Assembly (NCBI GenBank): GCA_030390025.1
Contig: CM059442.1
Location: 22,754,001-22,818,000 of the forward strand
Direction of reading: 5' to 3'
Length of the DNA: 64,000 nucleotides
Source: Squalus acanthias
Taxonomy: Eukaryota
The notes under the pieces were generated by a model that did no database searches, was not told where the DNA came from, and saw nothing but the letters and a program-made list of their open reading frames with translations. Shown piece by piece: positions 1-50,570 of the stretch; position 1 is the stretch's first letter; each line of letters begins with the position of its first letter. Both the position numbers and the translations under genes were made by a program.

Positions 1-92
1 TTTTGTGCTACTGCCAAAGACCAATTTATGTATTGCATAAGTTAGCAAAATTACTAAATATGAGGCACCTTATATCTACTCAGTGTTGTCAA

Positions 93-475
93 TGACCTAA
101 TAGAGGTCTTTAAGATTATGAAAGGGTTTGATAGGGTAGACGTAGAGAAGATGTTTCCACTTGTGGGGGAGACCAGAACTAGGGGCCATGAATATAAGAT
201 AGTCACTACTCAATCCAGTAGGGGATTCAAGAGAAACTTCTTTACCCAGAGAGTGCTGAGAATGTGGAGCTTGCTACAACAGGAAGTAGCTGAGGCGAAT
301 AGTATAGAGGCATTTACGGAGAAGCTAGATAAACAAATGAGGGACAAAGGAATAGAAGGATATCTTGATAGTGTTAGATGAAGAAGGGTGGGAGGAGGCT
401 TGTGTGAAGCATAAACACTGGCCTGGACCTGTTGGGCTGAATGGCCTGTTTCTTTGCTGTAAATGGTATGTAATA
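93..475 (+). mobile_element. CR1-clade LINE, 5'-truncated 3' fragment
   Basis: ORF 118..381 (KGFDRVDVEKMFPLVGETRTRGH...RNFFTQRV) is the CR1 ORF2 C-terminus; gggctgaatggcctg 3' UTR motif follows. Confidence 0.9.
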
Positions 476-625
476 CTACATAACTGTGTAATCTAAAATC
501 ACTCTCTGACCCTGAACTAAAGACCTACAGAAATTCTGACAAATCAATCAAATTACGTGCATTTACAATTTTTCGTTGTAATGCAGTGAATTATGCAGCT
601 GTTCCATTGTTGGGTTTTTACACTA

Positions 626-1365
626 GATAGAATCACAGAATGGTTACAGCACAGAAGGAGGCCATTCGGCCTGTTAAGCCCGTGCCGGCTCTCTGCAAGA
701 GCACTTCAGCTAGTCCCACTCCCCTGCCCTTTCCCTGTAGCCCTGCAAATTTTTTTCCTTCAGGTACTTATCCAATTCCCTCTTGAAAGCCACGATTGAG
801 TCTGCCTCCACCACCCTTTCAGGCAGTGCATTCCAGATCCTAACCACTTGCTGAGTAAAAAAGATTTTCCTCATGTCGCCTTTGGTTCTTTTGCCAATCA
901 CCTTAAATCTGTGTCCTCTGGTTCTCGACCCTTCCGCCAATGGGAACAGTTTCTCTCTATGTACTCTGTCTAGACCCCTCATGGTTTTGAACACCTCTAT
1001 CAAATCTCCTCTCAATCTAATCTGCTCTAAGGAGAACAACCCCAACTTCTCTAGTCTATCCATGTAACTGAAGTCCCTCGTCCCTGGAACCATTCTTGTC
1101 AATCTTTTCTGCACCCTCTCTAAGGCCTTCATATCCTTCCTAAAGTGCGGTGCCCAGAATTGGACACAATAATCCAGTTGAGGTTGGACCAGTGCTTTAT
1201 AAAGGTTCACCATAACTTCCTTGCTTTGTACTCTATTTATAAAGCCCAGGATCCCATATGCTTTATTGACTGCCTTGTTAACCTGTCCTGCCACCTTCTA
1301 AGATTTGTGCACAAACACCCCCAGGTCTCTCTGTTCTTGCACCCCTTTTAAAATTGTACCATTTA
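626..1365 (-). mobile_element. CR1-clade LINE 3' fragment
   Basis: ORF 710..1294 (LYKALVQPQLDYCVQFWAPH...[11 protein letters not shown]...TRGH); closely similar to the copy at 31717-32625. Confidence 0.95.
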
Positions 1366-2471
1366 TCTTGTTGGTGGCTGTGAAACTCAAACACTGATTG
1401 TAAATTGACTGACACCCAAAATAATTCTGTAGATAGGAGACATCTGGTCACCTGTCCATTTATGAGGGCTACAGCTAATCAGTTACTCTGTCCTCTTCTC
1501 AAAGGTTTCAGATGCAGCTGTCAATCCAAACCAGTGTTCCAGTCTGAGTTTGACTCTGATGTGTGCCATAGTGGCATGGGACTAGCTTTGAAGTTATACT
1601 GAGACAAAAGCAGTCATTGACTGCATCTCTCATAATTACATTAGAGCAAACGGCCTTGCATCATTATTGCATGGAAAGCCAACCTTTGACAAAACAAATA
1701 TTATTTTGATTTCCTGTAATGGCTCTGGTCAATTCAAAATGAACACTTCTGACAACAGATTGTGTTAGTTGTAAAAGCTTGCTTCTTGTGGAGTTGGTTG
1801 CAGCCTGGTCTAAGCTCATGGTTTCTCTGTTGAATACTGCTTTGTGCGACCTTGGGTGTTAGCTTCTTACGTGCTTTTTCTAGTAATACAACACACAGGT
1901 TGAACATTTAACAGAGGCGGATATCCACTTTTGCCACAGCAGTGTTTTGTGATGCTAATCTTTCCCAAATTCTACTTTATAATATTTTGTACATAACCTA
2001 TATTGGCGAAGAAATGAACATCTTCAAAGCTGAAAAGATTTTGCATATTCAATGGTTTGGACAAACATAATTTATGAATTTGTCCTTTAACGATCCTTAG
2101 TGATTGAATGAGTTCTAAGTTTATAAAGTACCGATTTACCTTCAATCCACTCCCCCTGTAGAATGCTGGCACTCTGAAAGGCATCAGTCACAACGTGGAG
2201 GGGAGGGGGCGGTATGAGAGATGCACTCTGTGCTTGTGTGTTCAAATAGGTGGGCCATTTGGAGAAAGAACAGTAACCATGAGCGTACCACTTCAGCTGC
2301 TCTGACTGTAGGCAGGAGCTAGGAGGGCAAAGCGGTTACAGGATTTCATCACCTCAATTAAATTGTTTTGTCCTTTACAACTAAATAAATCCTTCAAATA
2401 ATTTGGCATATTTAACTGAAATTATTCATTTAAATGTTCTAATCGTCACAGTTTTTTTGACCTGCAAATAT

Positions 2472-3040
2472 GGGGGGGGGGGAAATTTTAACTCCCAAAA
2501 AGGGTGTGTTGGGGTCGGGTGGGAGGTTAAAGTGTTAAAAATCTGAACCCCGACCCCAATCCACCTCCGACCTGCTCACTTCCGGTGGGGGTGGGGGAGG
2601 CCAGCCAATCCGCTCCCAGTAGGGGGGTTGGCACTTTAAATATTATAATGAGGCTAGAAGCCTCAGATTTAACCTGCTGTGCAGGTTTAACCGTGGTCGG
2701 CCGGCTGCAGCGAGGTGAGGACACCCACGGGGAGCAATCCTTGTGGGCCGGGAGGAGCAGCAGTGCTTCCTCACGGCCCCCCCCCAAGGTTCCCCGCCCC
2801 GGATCGGACCCCTCCCCCACTCCCAGTCGGTGGTTGGATTCCTCCCCCACCCCCAGGGTCGAACCCAACCCGGGCTCGGGGCTCGCACCTACCTGGGGCT
2901 GCGGCCTCTTGTCCAGTGTTCCCTCCGCAGTTAAAACTCCACAGCATACGGAGAAACCTGGACTTCCGGTTTTCCCGTGCTTTACCTGGCCTCCCCCCAC
3001 CCCCCCTGCTCCCAGCAGGTCTAAACGTCAAAATTCCAGC
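2472..3040. mobile_element. GC-rich non-autonomous TIR element (PIF/Harbinger-like MITE), same family as 33512-34525
   Basis: Ends gggggaaattttaac ... aaaattccagc; shares ttaaagtgttaaaa and cacttccggt blocks with the 33.5 kb copy. Confidence 0.7.
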
Positions 3041-4134
3041 TTTGTTCTCTGTATATTCCAAAGTGCCTTGTCACCACACACATTTACTGCATTAGCCAGG
3101 GATTACGCCATTTATTTTGAAAGCAAGCACAAAATTGTATGTTGTATTATATATTGAATAAATGATACAGACAGATTATTTGAGTTGTTATTTTCTTGTG
3201 AAGTGGTTAGAAATATACCATAGATAGTAATGAGCATCAACGCCTAAAACTGCTGTTTAAAGAAACTGTTAAATATGATTAATGGAGAATATGCAAAGTC
3301 TAGTCATTTGTCTCCATAACTTGCTGAGGGGTTTTGCTCTGTTCAATAAAGGCTGGGCTATCTGCTCTGCCCGATTACTGCCCAGGCGGTGAAGACAAAA
3401 ATCTACCCCTCGGTGTTAGGTGAGTTAAAGAAATAAGAAGGAAAAATAAACTACGACATGCTTTATCTGTTGCCAGAAGATTTAGGTTCGCCTGTCTTCA
3501 CTGTATTCCGCCAATAGCACCAAAAATAAATCTCTTAGCAACAGCTACTGTACCTTGATAAGGCTTCAAAATCTCTACTGTCATATTGTAATTTGATCTG
3601 TATAACGGTTGCATTGTAGGATAATTCTTTGGTTTGAGTCACTGCTCTGACCTTGCTGAAAGCCACGACATGTGTCTGAAATTGATCCATGCAGCCTTGA
3701 AAAATACTCATTGAAATCGATAAAAACCAGTTATACAAACCAGTTTTCAATTACGCACAATAGTACCGCTAATTAAAAATCTATATATAAAAAGAGAAAA
3801 AAATTCCGTGGATTGTGTGAATTGTTTTTTCCTTTTTTTGTTTTCCAAGTGGTTTATGGTATTTTACTGTTATGGTGCTGTCTTTGTCACGGCGCTTTCC
3901 ATTCCAGCAGTCGTAGCAGACGTTCCATGAACCAGCCCCACTCCACGTGATCTGAGGGCTGAGGTGACTTGGCTCAAGATTAGCAATTACCCTATTTTAC
4001 AGTAACGTTGCATTTATGCATTTATGTAGGATTCGCACTAGTCTCCTATTAACTTGAATGTGGAAATATCGTATATCAGACCAGACTTGCATGGGCTAAC
4101 ATTATTACAATCCTTATTTTACAATCTCTTGTAA

Positions 4135-4659
4135 GGGTGAAAGATTCGGTTGCTTTGCGCCTCCCGTTAGCGCCCCGCTCACGCCCCGGCCGCAAACTTG
4201 GCTCGCGCCCCCTGACCTACCGCCGGACACTATGTCCGACAGGGTCAGGGGGGCATTTTGCGGCTGGGGCCGCGAGAATTAAAGGGCAGGTGCCGGGCGG
4301 CCATTTTTTTGGGGCCACCTGCCAGCACCTGCCCCCTCTCATCTCCTCCTGCAGGGTGCCGGCCGCGATCGGGCAGCCCGCCACTCCTCTTGAGTGCCGT
4401 GCTCTTTTGCCACTCCCCGGTGGTCCTGCAGTACCGCGGCGCTACGTGCCGGCGCGCGTGGCGCTGCTGCACATCGCACCGTGATATTCAATGGGAGCGC
4501 CCCAAGAGGGAGGCGGGGCGTTTCCAGTAGCACCCTGCCTCCTGCTAGGGGCGCTACCACTGAATTTTGGGCGCGGGGGCACTAACTTTTTGGGGGCGCT
4601 AAAAGTAGCACCCTGGTGAAGTTATCGCCCCAAAGGGGGCGCGAGCCAATTTTCCCCCC
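4135..4659. mobile_element. GC-rich MITE (Harbinger-like)
   Basis: GGGTGAAAGATT ... AATTTTCCCCCC ends flanked by TAA/TTA; CpG-rich island in an AT-rich intron. Confidence 0.7.
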
Positions 4660-5123
4660 TTAACTTAATGTTTTGAAGTGACTTCTCTTGGCAGTAATCA
4701 GTCCTATGAGATTTTAAGACTCCCGAATGTCATCCTGCGCAGAATTTAAGTTTGTTGGAAACTTCCACAGGCTCAGTAAAGAACTCTCCAACAATAAAAA
4801 CTTCCAATTTATAAAGCTAAAGCTCCTTTGAAGATCAGACTGTCAATTAATCATGATCAAAATAATAAACTATTTTGATGTGACAAGTGCACAGACTCTC
4901 AATATTTCTCTAAGGTTAAAATGCAATAATTCAGGAATTAATGCCAGTAGATGGTTAATTTGAAACTTTTTTAAAAAAAACAGATGTGCTAAACACCCAC
5001 GATAGTGTTGAGATGTAAATTACAGCAGAGTTATCAAAATGTTTGCTCAAAATATCATGCAATCATTTACAATTAAAGTACCTTGTCACCAATCACAGCC
5101 CACATGCCATTCTGTTAGTTCAT

Positions 5124-6289
5124 GGCCCTGAATTTGTGGTCGAGGCATACCTCCGGAGTACACCTCCGACCCAAAAAAAATCCGAAAGTACCTTGGGTCA
5201 AAAATTGGCTCGCGCCCCCTTTGGGGCGGATAACTTAGCCGGGGCGCTACTTTTAGCGCCTGAAAAAGTTAGCGCCTCCGCGCCCAAAATTCAGTGGTAG
5301 CGCCCCAAGCAGTAGGCAGGGCGCTACTGGAAGCGGTCCCCCTCCCCCTTGGGAAGCTCCAGTTCAATATCGCAGCATAAAGGCCTACGGATCCCAGGGA
5401 CGCAGGTGGTTCGGAAGCAGAAACCCGGAACTTGTGGGGCCATTCTGAGGACTTACGACGATGTACGCTGTGCGTACGCCGTCATCAGCCCCGTAAAATA
5501 CGGGCCAATGCTTGGTTAAAATAATGGCCCAAAAATTCGGCTGAATACGGGAGAGTACGAACTGTGTACTCTCGCGCATTCAGTCCCGAAGTGCCGGTTT
5601 CCTGCATGCACTGCGCATGCGCGGGAAACCGGCACTTCCGGTATGGCGAAGGGGGCGGTTCCTAAGTGAACCGCGTGCGCACTAGAGGCTGCGCGCACGC
5701 AGCACACTTAGGTTTTTTTTCAGGTTTCAACGCGAAGGTAAGTATGGAAGATTTTACACATGAAGAAAGGAGGCGTAAGACCCCCTTTTAACAAGGTAAG
5801 TAGTTAATTAAGTATTATTTAAAAAAAAATTCAACAGGTTTATCTTTTTTAGAGACTTTAAAGAAATGTAAGTTTATTTTTATAACTTTTAAAAAGAATT
5901 TAAATTTTTTCAAAAATTTTAATTTTTGTTTAAAGTGGTTAATTTATTTAACTATAGTTATTTTATTAATGTGATGGTTTTTTAAAAAAATTATTTGAGG
6001 TTTAGCTGTTCTTTTGGGGGCAATTTGTATTCATAGTTTTGACAGGTCTCCTGTCAAATCTATGAATGAAAGATGGTGTGCTACCATTGGCTCTCCATAG
6101 CCCACGTGATCCCAGAGGTCGCATCGAACTAACTGCGCCTCTGGGACACGCACACACTGCGCGCCGGAACCAGGGAGAGGCCCGGGACCTGAAGTTCGTG
6201 TGGGCCCAAAACACAACGGCCGGCGCAGAGTGTGATATCGTGGGGGATCCTTACCCCCGCGGCAAGCCTCCGAGTCAAATTTCTGGGCC
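5124..6289. mobile_element. MITE with an AT-rich core, containing an inverted piece of the 4135-4659 family
   Basis: TIRs GGCCCTGAATTT / AAATTTCTGGGCC. Confidence 0.75.
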
Positions 6290-6652
6290 AATCTCCTGTA
6301 CCTTCAGAGATGGGCCAGCTCTGGTCCCCTACATTAACCTTGTGAAGGAACTACTTTCATTTTAACTTGGGGCTATTTTGCTGTAATATTTTATATATAT
6401 GTGTATGTACACACAGAGAGTCCTACCAAAACAATATTTCTATTTTTCCTCATACCCCCATTGACTGACTACAAGTGTTTAAGCAGTAAAATAAATCATC
6501 TTGAGTGAGTGACTGCTACCATTTTAATACAAGTGGCAAATGCTACTCCCACAATTCCAGGCACAAAAGAACCAATCAAGATTGAGTGGAATATTGTATA
6601 AATTAGTTTGCATTGCAATGTGGAAAGTTTACACACTTTACTAAATGACAGT

Positions 6653-7426
6653 GATCGGATTTTGCTGTGAGCGACGGAGGAACGACTTTAGCCCTTCACC
6701 TCGCGTACAGTTGCCCACAGAATTTTAGCAGGTTTGTCAGTGGAGACTTCCAGTCATCCTCTCTGTTTGATTTTGGTGCCTCCTACAAGGAATCTCTGGC
6801 ACCTGTGAGCAGGCCAACCAGCAGGGAGGCTCTTCAACCAATCAGATTGAAGAATCCTCACTGAGCCATATGACTGCAAAGCAGGAAGTAAAAAACAGGA
6901 AATATAAATTACATTTAAATCATTGTACAGGAAGCAAAATAAAGATTGGGACATATACATGGGATTAAGGGAAAAACATAAAAGTGAAAAACAGCAAAAC
7001 GATAAAAAGAAAAAAATATATATTTAAAAAAAAAATCTGCAACATTAATTTTCTTCTGAGGGAATGGGGCTCCACACTTGTAAAATTAATTTTTCAGGGC
7101 CAGAGAGGTTGTTCGGCAGTAATTATCACTTACTATGCTGTTAAAAATCAGTTACTCCTGATTGTACAAGGGCTAACTTTTTCATCTGTCTTTAGAGTGA
7201 GAATAATGGGTAATTAGCCAAACTTAACGCCATTACAGTGATCTCTGTGCAGATTCCATCGGCAAAGACTGTAACAGCACACTCTGTGGAGGGGCAGGGC
7301 ATCACTGACAGCAATTTCCGGATATCTGCGTTTAACTGCGGATGCCAGAAGTCGCTGTCAGTTTTACCCAGTAATAACAGCGAGTGCCGACAGCCTCACT
7401 GTTATTAGTGCAGCAAAATCCAGGCC
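6653..7426. mobile_element. MITE related to 15243-16306 and 49301-50327
   Basis: TIRs GGATTTTGCTG / CAGCAAAATCC; subterminal taataacag...ctgttatta hairpin is shared with the other copies. Confidence 0.7.
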
Positions 7427-8083
7427 TTTAATGACAATATGTTACTGATCAGACAACACCTGCAGATATATTGTGATTCCAAGACTGTTACTATGCACCA
7501 ATAGGGTCCAGGCATAGCAGAATGAAGCTTTAAGGTTCCGTCTGATTCTGTCAAACCTACCAGCACAGTAACATCTCAGAGTCTGTTTCTGGATATTAGA
7601 ATCTAAGTACCAACTTTTTCCATATAAAATGCATTCTAAGGTTTGTTTCTTTTGAAAAAAAATGCTGTGATATATTGAGGCACCTAGTAAGCAGTTCACA
7701 GGTGCACCACACTGATTTGTATCACAATTGACTTGGTTGAATATTTTAAAACATGATTTTTAATGATATGCAATTAACTTTTTTTTTAAAACGATCTCTG
7801 TCCCGTCAAAAAAAAACTCTTGGGATGCGATAGAATCTTGTGTGGAACTTTCGAAAATGCTGCAGGATCTTATAAAGGAAAATATTATTGCCGATGACTT
7901 ACATTGGCTTTTTTTAGCCTATCTTTTAGCCTCGGACACCTTCAGTAACTTTGTGGGTTTCTTCCCAAAGTGAATGGAAAACAATGCCACCTGAGGAAAT
8001 TTAAGTGGATGGATTATCTTGCAGATCAATTGTTGGTAAAATACGGAATATCGTAACTGTTTCTTTGTTTGATCCTCTTTTAG

Positions 8084-45606
<37,523 letters not shown>

Positions 45607-47265
45607 ATGACATACCATTAAATCTTCTGCTGGGGAAAAAAGAAGCTTTTCCAAGGCCTGGGTATTGCAATACATGCAGCAGTGCATCATTTTAGCAACT
45701 CTAAAAAGAGGAAAAATACTACATTTTTTTAATCTTATACCTCAGATATTTTGTTCTGTGTATTTTAATAAGTGGGTTTTGATTTCTGAAAGTTACCTAT
45801 CTGATTATTGGCTAAAGCAACTGCTTTTCTTATGGTGATAAAAGACTGTGAGATGTGAGAACTGTGAGAGCCACAATCACTGAGACACGTATATGTGAAG
45901 GTGCGGAACAGTAGTCATTGGGATTCTCACCTGTTTTTTTGTAAGTGACTAAATCAGTCATTTTTTTTGGTTTCTTCATTTCAATTTTGTTTGCTTTACG
46001 AAACGAGGGAGGGTTAAGGGAAGGGTTGTCAATCTGCATAAAATAGATTTGAAAGAGGGCACCACTGCACCAAGTATCTTGCTATCAATTGTCTTAAATT
46101 ATTCACGATTTGTTCAAGCCAAAGGTTATGTTTCTGGATGTTTCTCGGCACTTGTACATAAAGGTTTCAGTAAAAGGGGCATCCATTCAATTACAAGATA
46201 CTCCACCAGGCAGTATTCAGCAGTTCAACCATAGATAGGTCTATTTAAGTAAACCTGCTAGTTAGGCCATCAGTGAGCATTCTTTTTATATTACTTCCAG
46301 TATATAAATTATTGATATCATTGCTGACTTTTGTATTATGGGAGGGAAAACATTCAAAAAATGGTGATAAAGCATTGTTTATATTTTTCTTTTTTTCGGA
46401 AGGAAAGTAATAAACTTGGTTCTTTGTACCAGTAAAATGTATAAATAAATTTCAAATTGTGCAGTGGAAATGTTCAGTTATAGATTACACAGCCTATGAT
46501 GTTTTAGAATTAGCATAGTAGATCAACTGTAAGGCGTATCATTTTTATGGAATACATGATAATCATATTCAGATTTATATAAGCATTTTACAAGTATTGC
46601 AATCATTAAGTGTAGATAATCATGGTATTTTCGTCAGCTTGGTACTTTTGAGACATGACTGTGTTGTGTAAACAAACGGCAATTTTTCATCGCTTGACAG
46701 CTCGCGTTATTTTGTTACGTTATTTTTCTGAGGAGGCCTTTTATTTTTTTGGACTGGACTGAATCAAAAGTGTTCACAAAAAAGAAAGCATTTTACTTTA
46801 CAATGCTTCGAATAAATCACAAAATTAGAAAGTGGATTCCGCCTCTGGGTCGTTTCAGTGTTAAAAAGCGCAATGTAAGCAAGTTGTCGGGTCAGCTTGT
46901 TCGAGCGTCCGTGAAAAATTGCAGCTTGTCTGTGCATATGCTAGAGTCCGTTCACTTTGTCCTGTTTAACAGTACCTAAGTTGGGGTGTTTGTCACGGGT
47001 CTCCTTGTTTTTTGTAATAATGCAGCTTAAAAAAACTTTTTCCTCTGCCTTTATCGCTGCAACTCTTAGTTATACTCCTCATGTGTACTGTGTGCGCCTC
47101 CTGGCGTGCACCAAGTAAATATCAACCCACAAGCTGTGATATACCTATGCGATTAAAAACCTGCTGGAAAGTGTTGTGGCCAGGCTTTCTCTTTGTCATC
47201 GTATGTGCATGCAGTATGATCAGTTGAACAATAATCATCAATAAAATTTCACAAAATTGGAACTA
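45607..47265 (+). other. RBFOX1: RBFOX1 3' UTR (end approximate) with several candidate poly(A) signals
   Basis: AT-rich and free of recognisable repeats after the stop. AATAAA at 46409, 46444, 46811 and 47240; ATTAAA at 47152; T-rich tract after 47245; repeats resume near 47350. Confidence 0.65.
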
Positions 47266-47349
47266 CTGATACTGTTGCTTCTTTTTTCCAATTATGGGAC
47301 ATCGTCAAATGTTGCTCAACTTGTGATTGGTGTATGTGGAATTTTTACG

Positions 47350-48215
47350 ACCGATTTTAACATGGAGAGGAGTTTAAACATTCTTAAGGCGTCTGTGGGG
47401 CCAATTTCCCCGGAGTCCTGCATCCTGGTGCCGGACAGGCCCAGTGGCCTATAAATTGGTTTGTACCGGCCTCCTGGCCTGAACTGGGGCAGGGAATGAA
47501 CACTGCATCGGAACGGGTCGGCTCGAGGCACACACGATATTGGGCCCCTTGGCCTCATTTAAATAACACCAGTGAACTATGGGCAAACGCTGGCCATTCC
47601 CAGCGAATCGGCATTGGACTTTGGGCCGTTGTGTCACCGACAGGAGCCTTCAGGTAGGTCTTGGGAGGGCTAGAGCCAATCAGCAGGGGAGGGGTGTGAT
47701 TGGGAGAGGGAGAATGTGATCAGAGAGGGGGGGGGTGTCGAGCACACTGGAGTCCTGCTTCTCCTGACTCCACATTCGGGTAAGTATTTTTTAACAAACT
47801 TACCTTATCGGTGGCGGCCTCCAGCAGTCTCTATAGAAACATAGAAAAAATAGGAGCAGGAGTAGGCCATTCGGCCCTTTGAGCCTGCTCCGCCATTCAA
47901 TATGATCATGGCTGATCCTCTATCTCAATACCATATTCCCGCTCTCTCCCAATACCCCTATAACGGCTGAATCCACACAGACCAATTTTGCAAAGGGGGC
48001 CTCAAATTGCTGTCAAACCTCTTATTTGCAATTGGAAAAGCCTCACGTCTGTTTCAGGCACGGGCCCTGGACGCCTCTTTTTCTGCCTTTACCAATATGG
48101 CAGGTGGCATACTTCCGGTGCGGAATGTGCATGCGTGTGCTACCCAGCATATTGGATGCTTCGGAGCCAATTTTGCACCTGAAAAATGGGCACAGCATCA
48201 ATGAATTTCTAGGCC
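47350..48215. mobile_element. MITE with a nested CR1 tail (47833-47958, minus strand)
   Basis: GC-rich block ending gaatttctaggcc; internal atagaaacatagaaaaaataggagcaggagtaggccattcggccc. Left boundary approximate. Confidence 0.65.
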
Positions 48216-49059
48216 AGTGTGTCCAAAGAGCATTGAACCCATCAAATCCAATATATGTCTGAATTTTGTGTCCTGGGTTATTAATATGGCAAAGTCACAC
48301 CCCCAGTACAGTTCCACTCCCTGGCAGGACATTGCAGTAGAAATGGGAGCGGAAGTGGGAACTCAGCAGCAGGACTATGATGCCCAAAAATCCATTGGGT
48401 TCCTTAAAAAAAAATCAGTCAATTACTCTGTCAGCTATCTTCACCTTGCTGTCTGGCCTCCTCATGCCCTCCAGTCATAGTGGGGTCCACAAGCAAAGTC
48501 CACCACTAGCTTCTTGAGGTGCTACTGGACATAGCTACTGTACGTAACCAGAGGAAATTGAGGCAGAAGGACCAGGAACACACCTCCTGCCTCTTTGCCA
48601 TGGCAGTGCCGATTGTACATGCAAGCCTGCCGATGAAAATCCTTTCAACTCCCAGAGTAATGTAAAGGGGAGCAGAGAACCAGCCTAATGAGCCAATAAA
48701 TGGAGAAAACATCTTGGATTTGATTATGAGGGATGGTCAAATCTCCAATTTTATGCACTTGAGAAGTCTTGTCAAGAGTGGGCTTGGCAGGTATGAATAT
48801 GGCTAGAGGAGTGGAGAAATTATGGATTTCCTTCAAGGAGGTCATTCTGAATACAAAGCCAAGGTACACAGCTTAAGGCACTCTGGTCTGGTTGAACAGG
48901 ACGACCAAGTAACTCATAAAAGAAGAAAAAGGCACGTAAGGCCATGAAGGAAAATGCCATAGAATTAAAATTAATGTAAAAAAAGGGATCAGAATGGTAA
49001 AGAAAATTTTTGAATTAAATATGGTAAGAGAAATGAAGTAAAATAATAATCTATTGAAA

Positions 49060-50570
49060 TAATACAGAAGAGGGCAACGAGAATGATTGAGGAGGATGGA
49101 GAGATTAGATTATGATGAGCGATTATGTAAATTGGACAAGAGAAGTTTGAGCGGTGATATGATTGCTGTTCATAGGATTCTAAAGGGACTGGATAATATC
49201 GACCATGACCAGCTATTTCACCTTGTCCGGAGCAGTACAACCAGAGGGCATGGCTTGAAATTCTAAACTAATCAGCGGAAACCTTCATTCAGTGAGAGAG
49301 AGCCCAGAATTTGCTGCAAATAACGGCGAGTTCAACGTGCAGGCTGTTATTAATACATAAAAAAAACCAGCGACTTGTGGTGAGGAAGAGACACCCCCGT
49401 GAGTCGTGAATCACTAGAAATTGCTGGACAGGTTTGTGCTGCTCCGCCAGTAGCCTCGCAAAAATCGAAGCTTTGCCGTCAACCTCCCCACAAGTGTCAT
49501 AGAGTTGCTGGATTTGCGCTGTACATATGTATTACACTCACCCCGTAATGTTAGGGCTAGTATTTAACAGCGTAAGGACCCTGTTAATGGGGTGATTTAT
49601 GCTTCCAAGGGCCTTCCACTCTGAAACCAGTTAACAATTAAATAATATTTCTGCACGTACCACATAAAGGGCACAACCAGAATGCCAGTTAAACCGATTT
49701 GTTTAATTAATTAAATTGATTCGTTAAATTGAGTTGTGGTGGATGTTGGCTGGGAGTAAAGTCAATGCGAAATTCATTTCAGCTTGTCAGCATTTAGAGT
49801 TACCTCCGTCCCCCCAAAGTATGCAGGTCTACTCATTTTTGAGTAACCAACAATCATCACGCTGATTCCACAAGCGACGTCATCCTTTGAATTGCTATCA
49901 TTTCGCGTGTAGGCAGCAGCTGCCTTCGGTTCCTGAATTTCATGAATTAGAAAACAATCTGAACCCGGGGCAGGAGGCTGCATTATTGATATATATTTGT
50001 GTCATATTCCAAAGGCAAAAAAAAACCTTAGAACTACACTAATTCAACGATATTTTAATAAACTTCAATTAATTAATCAGGTGTCCAAGTTGCCACTTCC
50101 GAGCTTGGCTAGCCATTCAAATCCTTAAATTTTATTGGTTAAAAAGATAGACTATTGGTCCCATCGTTCACCAAGGTTCCAGATGCCCCATTGAACCTGC
50201 TGCGCCATTATCACTTCGCACTTCCAGCAACTTGCGGTGCAAAATTAATTACAGCTGGAGGGTGAGGCAAAAAATCCAACTCACTGTGCACACTGCGAGA
50301 TGCCCCCACCCCAGCAAATTCAGGGCCACTGTTTGGAGATAGCATCACATGAGACATGATAGATGGTAAGTGCAGCATGCTTGGTTCCCAAAGCTTTCCA
50401 TCACTGGGTGTTTTCCTGATCTCATGTCTGGGTCTGTTGTAGACTAGTTGCTATAGATTGATTTCCATGATTAGTCAACAACTCCATTACTGATATGTCA
50501 TGCGACTAACAGGATGGTAGAAGGCATACTAGATGGACTGTGGTCTTTTTTCATCTAGCAGTTCCTACAT
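49060..50570 (+). mobile_element. Old CR1 fragment split by a MITE (49301-50327)
   Basis: cagaagagggcaacgagaatgatt...accagagggcatggcttgaaa before the insert; TIRs GCCCAGAATTTGCTG / CAGCAAATTCAGGGC; ctagatggac tail after it. Confidence 0.7.

Noticed and set aside
2527-3157. Overlapping Pro/Gly-rich ORFs of 100-200 aa here and at 4137, 30273, 38085, 43016 and 57109
   Set aside because: All lie in GC-rich MITEs where stops are rare; open on both strands with no recognisable domain.
1-8083. Upstream RBFOX1 exons (RRM and the exons just after it)
   Set aside because: I found no matching coding sequence; they presumably lie before the window.
48270-48900. Possible decayed transposon coding sequence (also 9680-10440, 56690-57240, 61490-61800)
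   Set aside because: Only a vague compositional impression with no diagnostic motif; needs a translated search.
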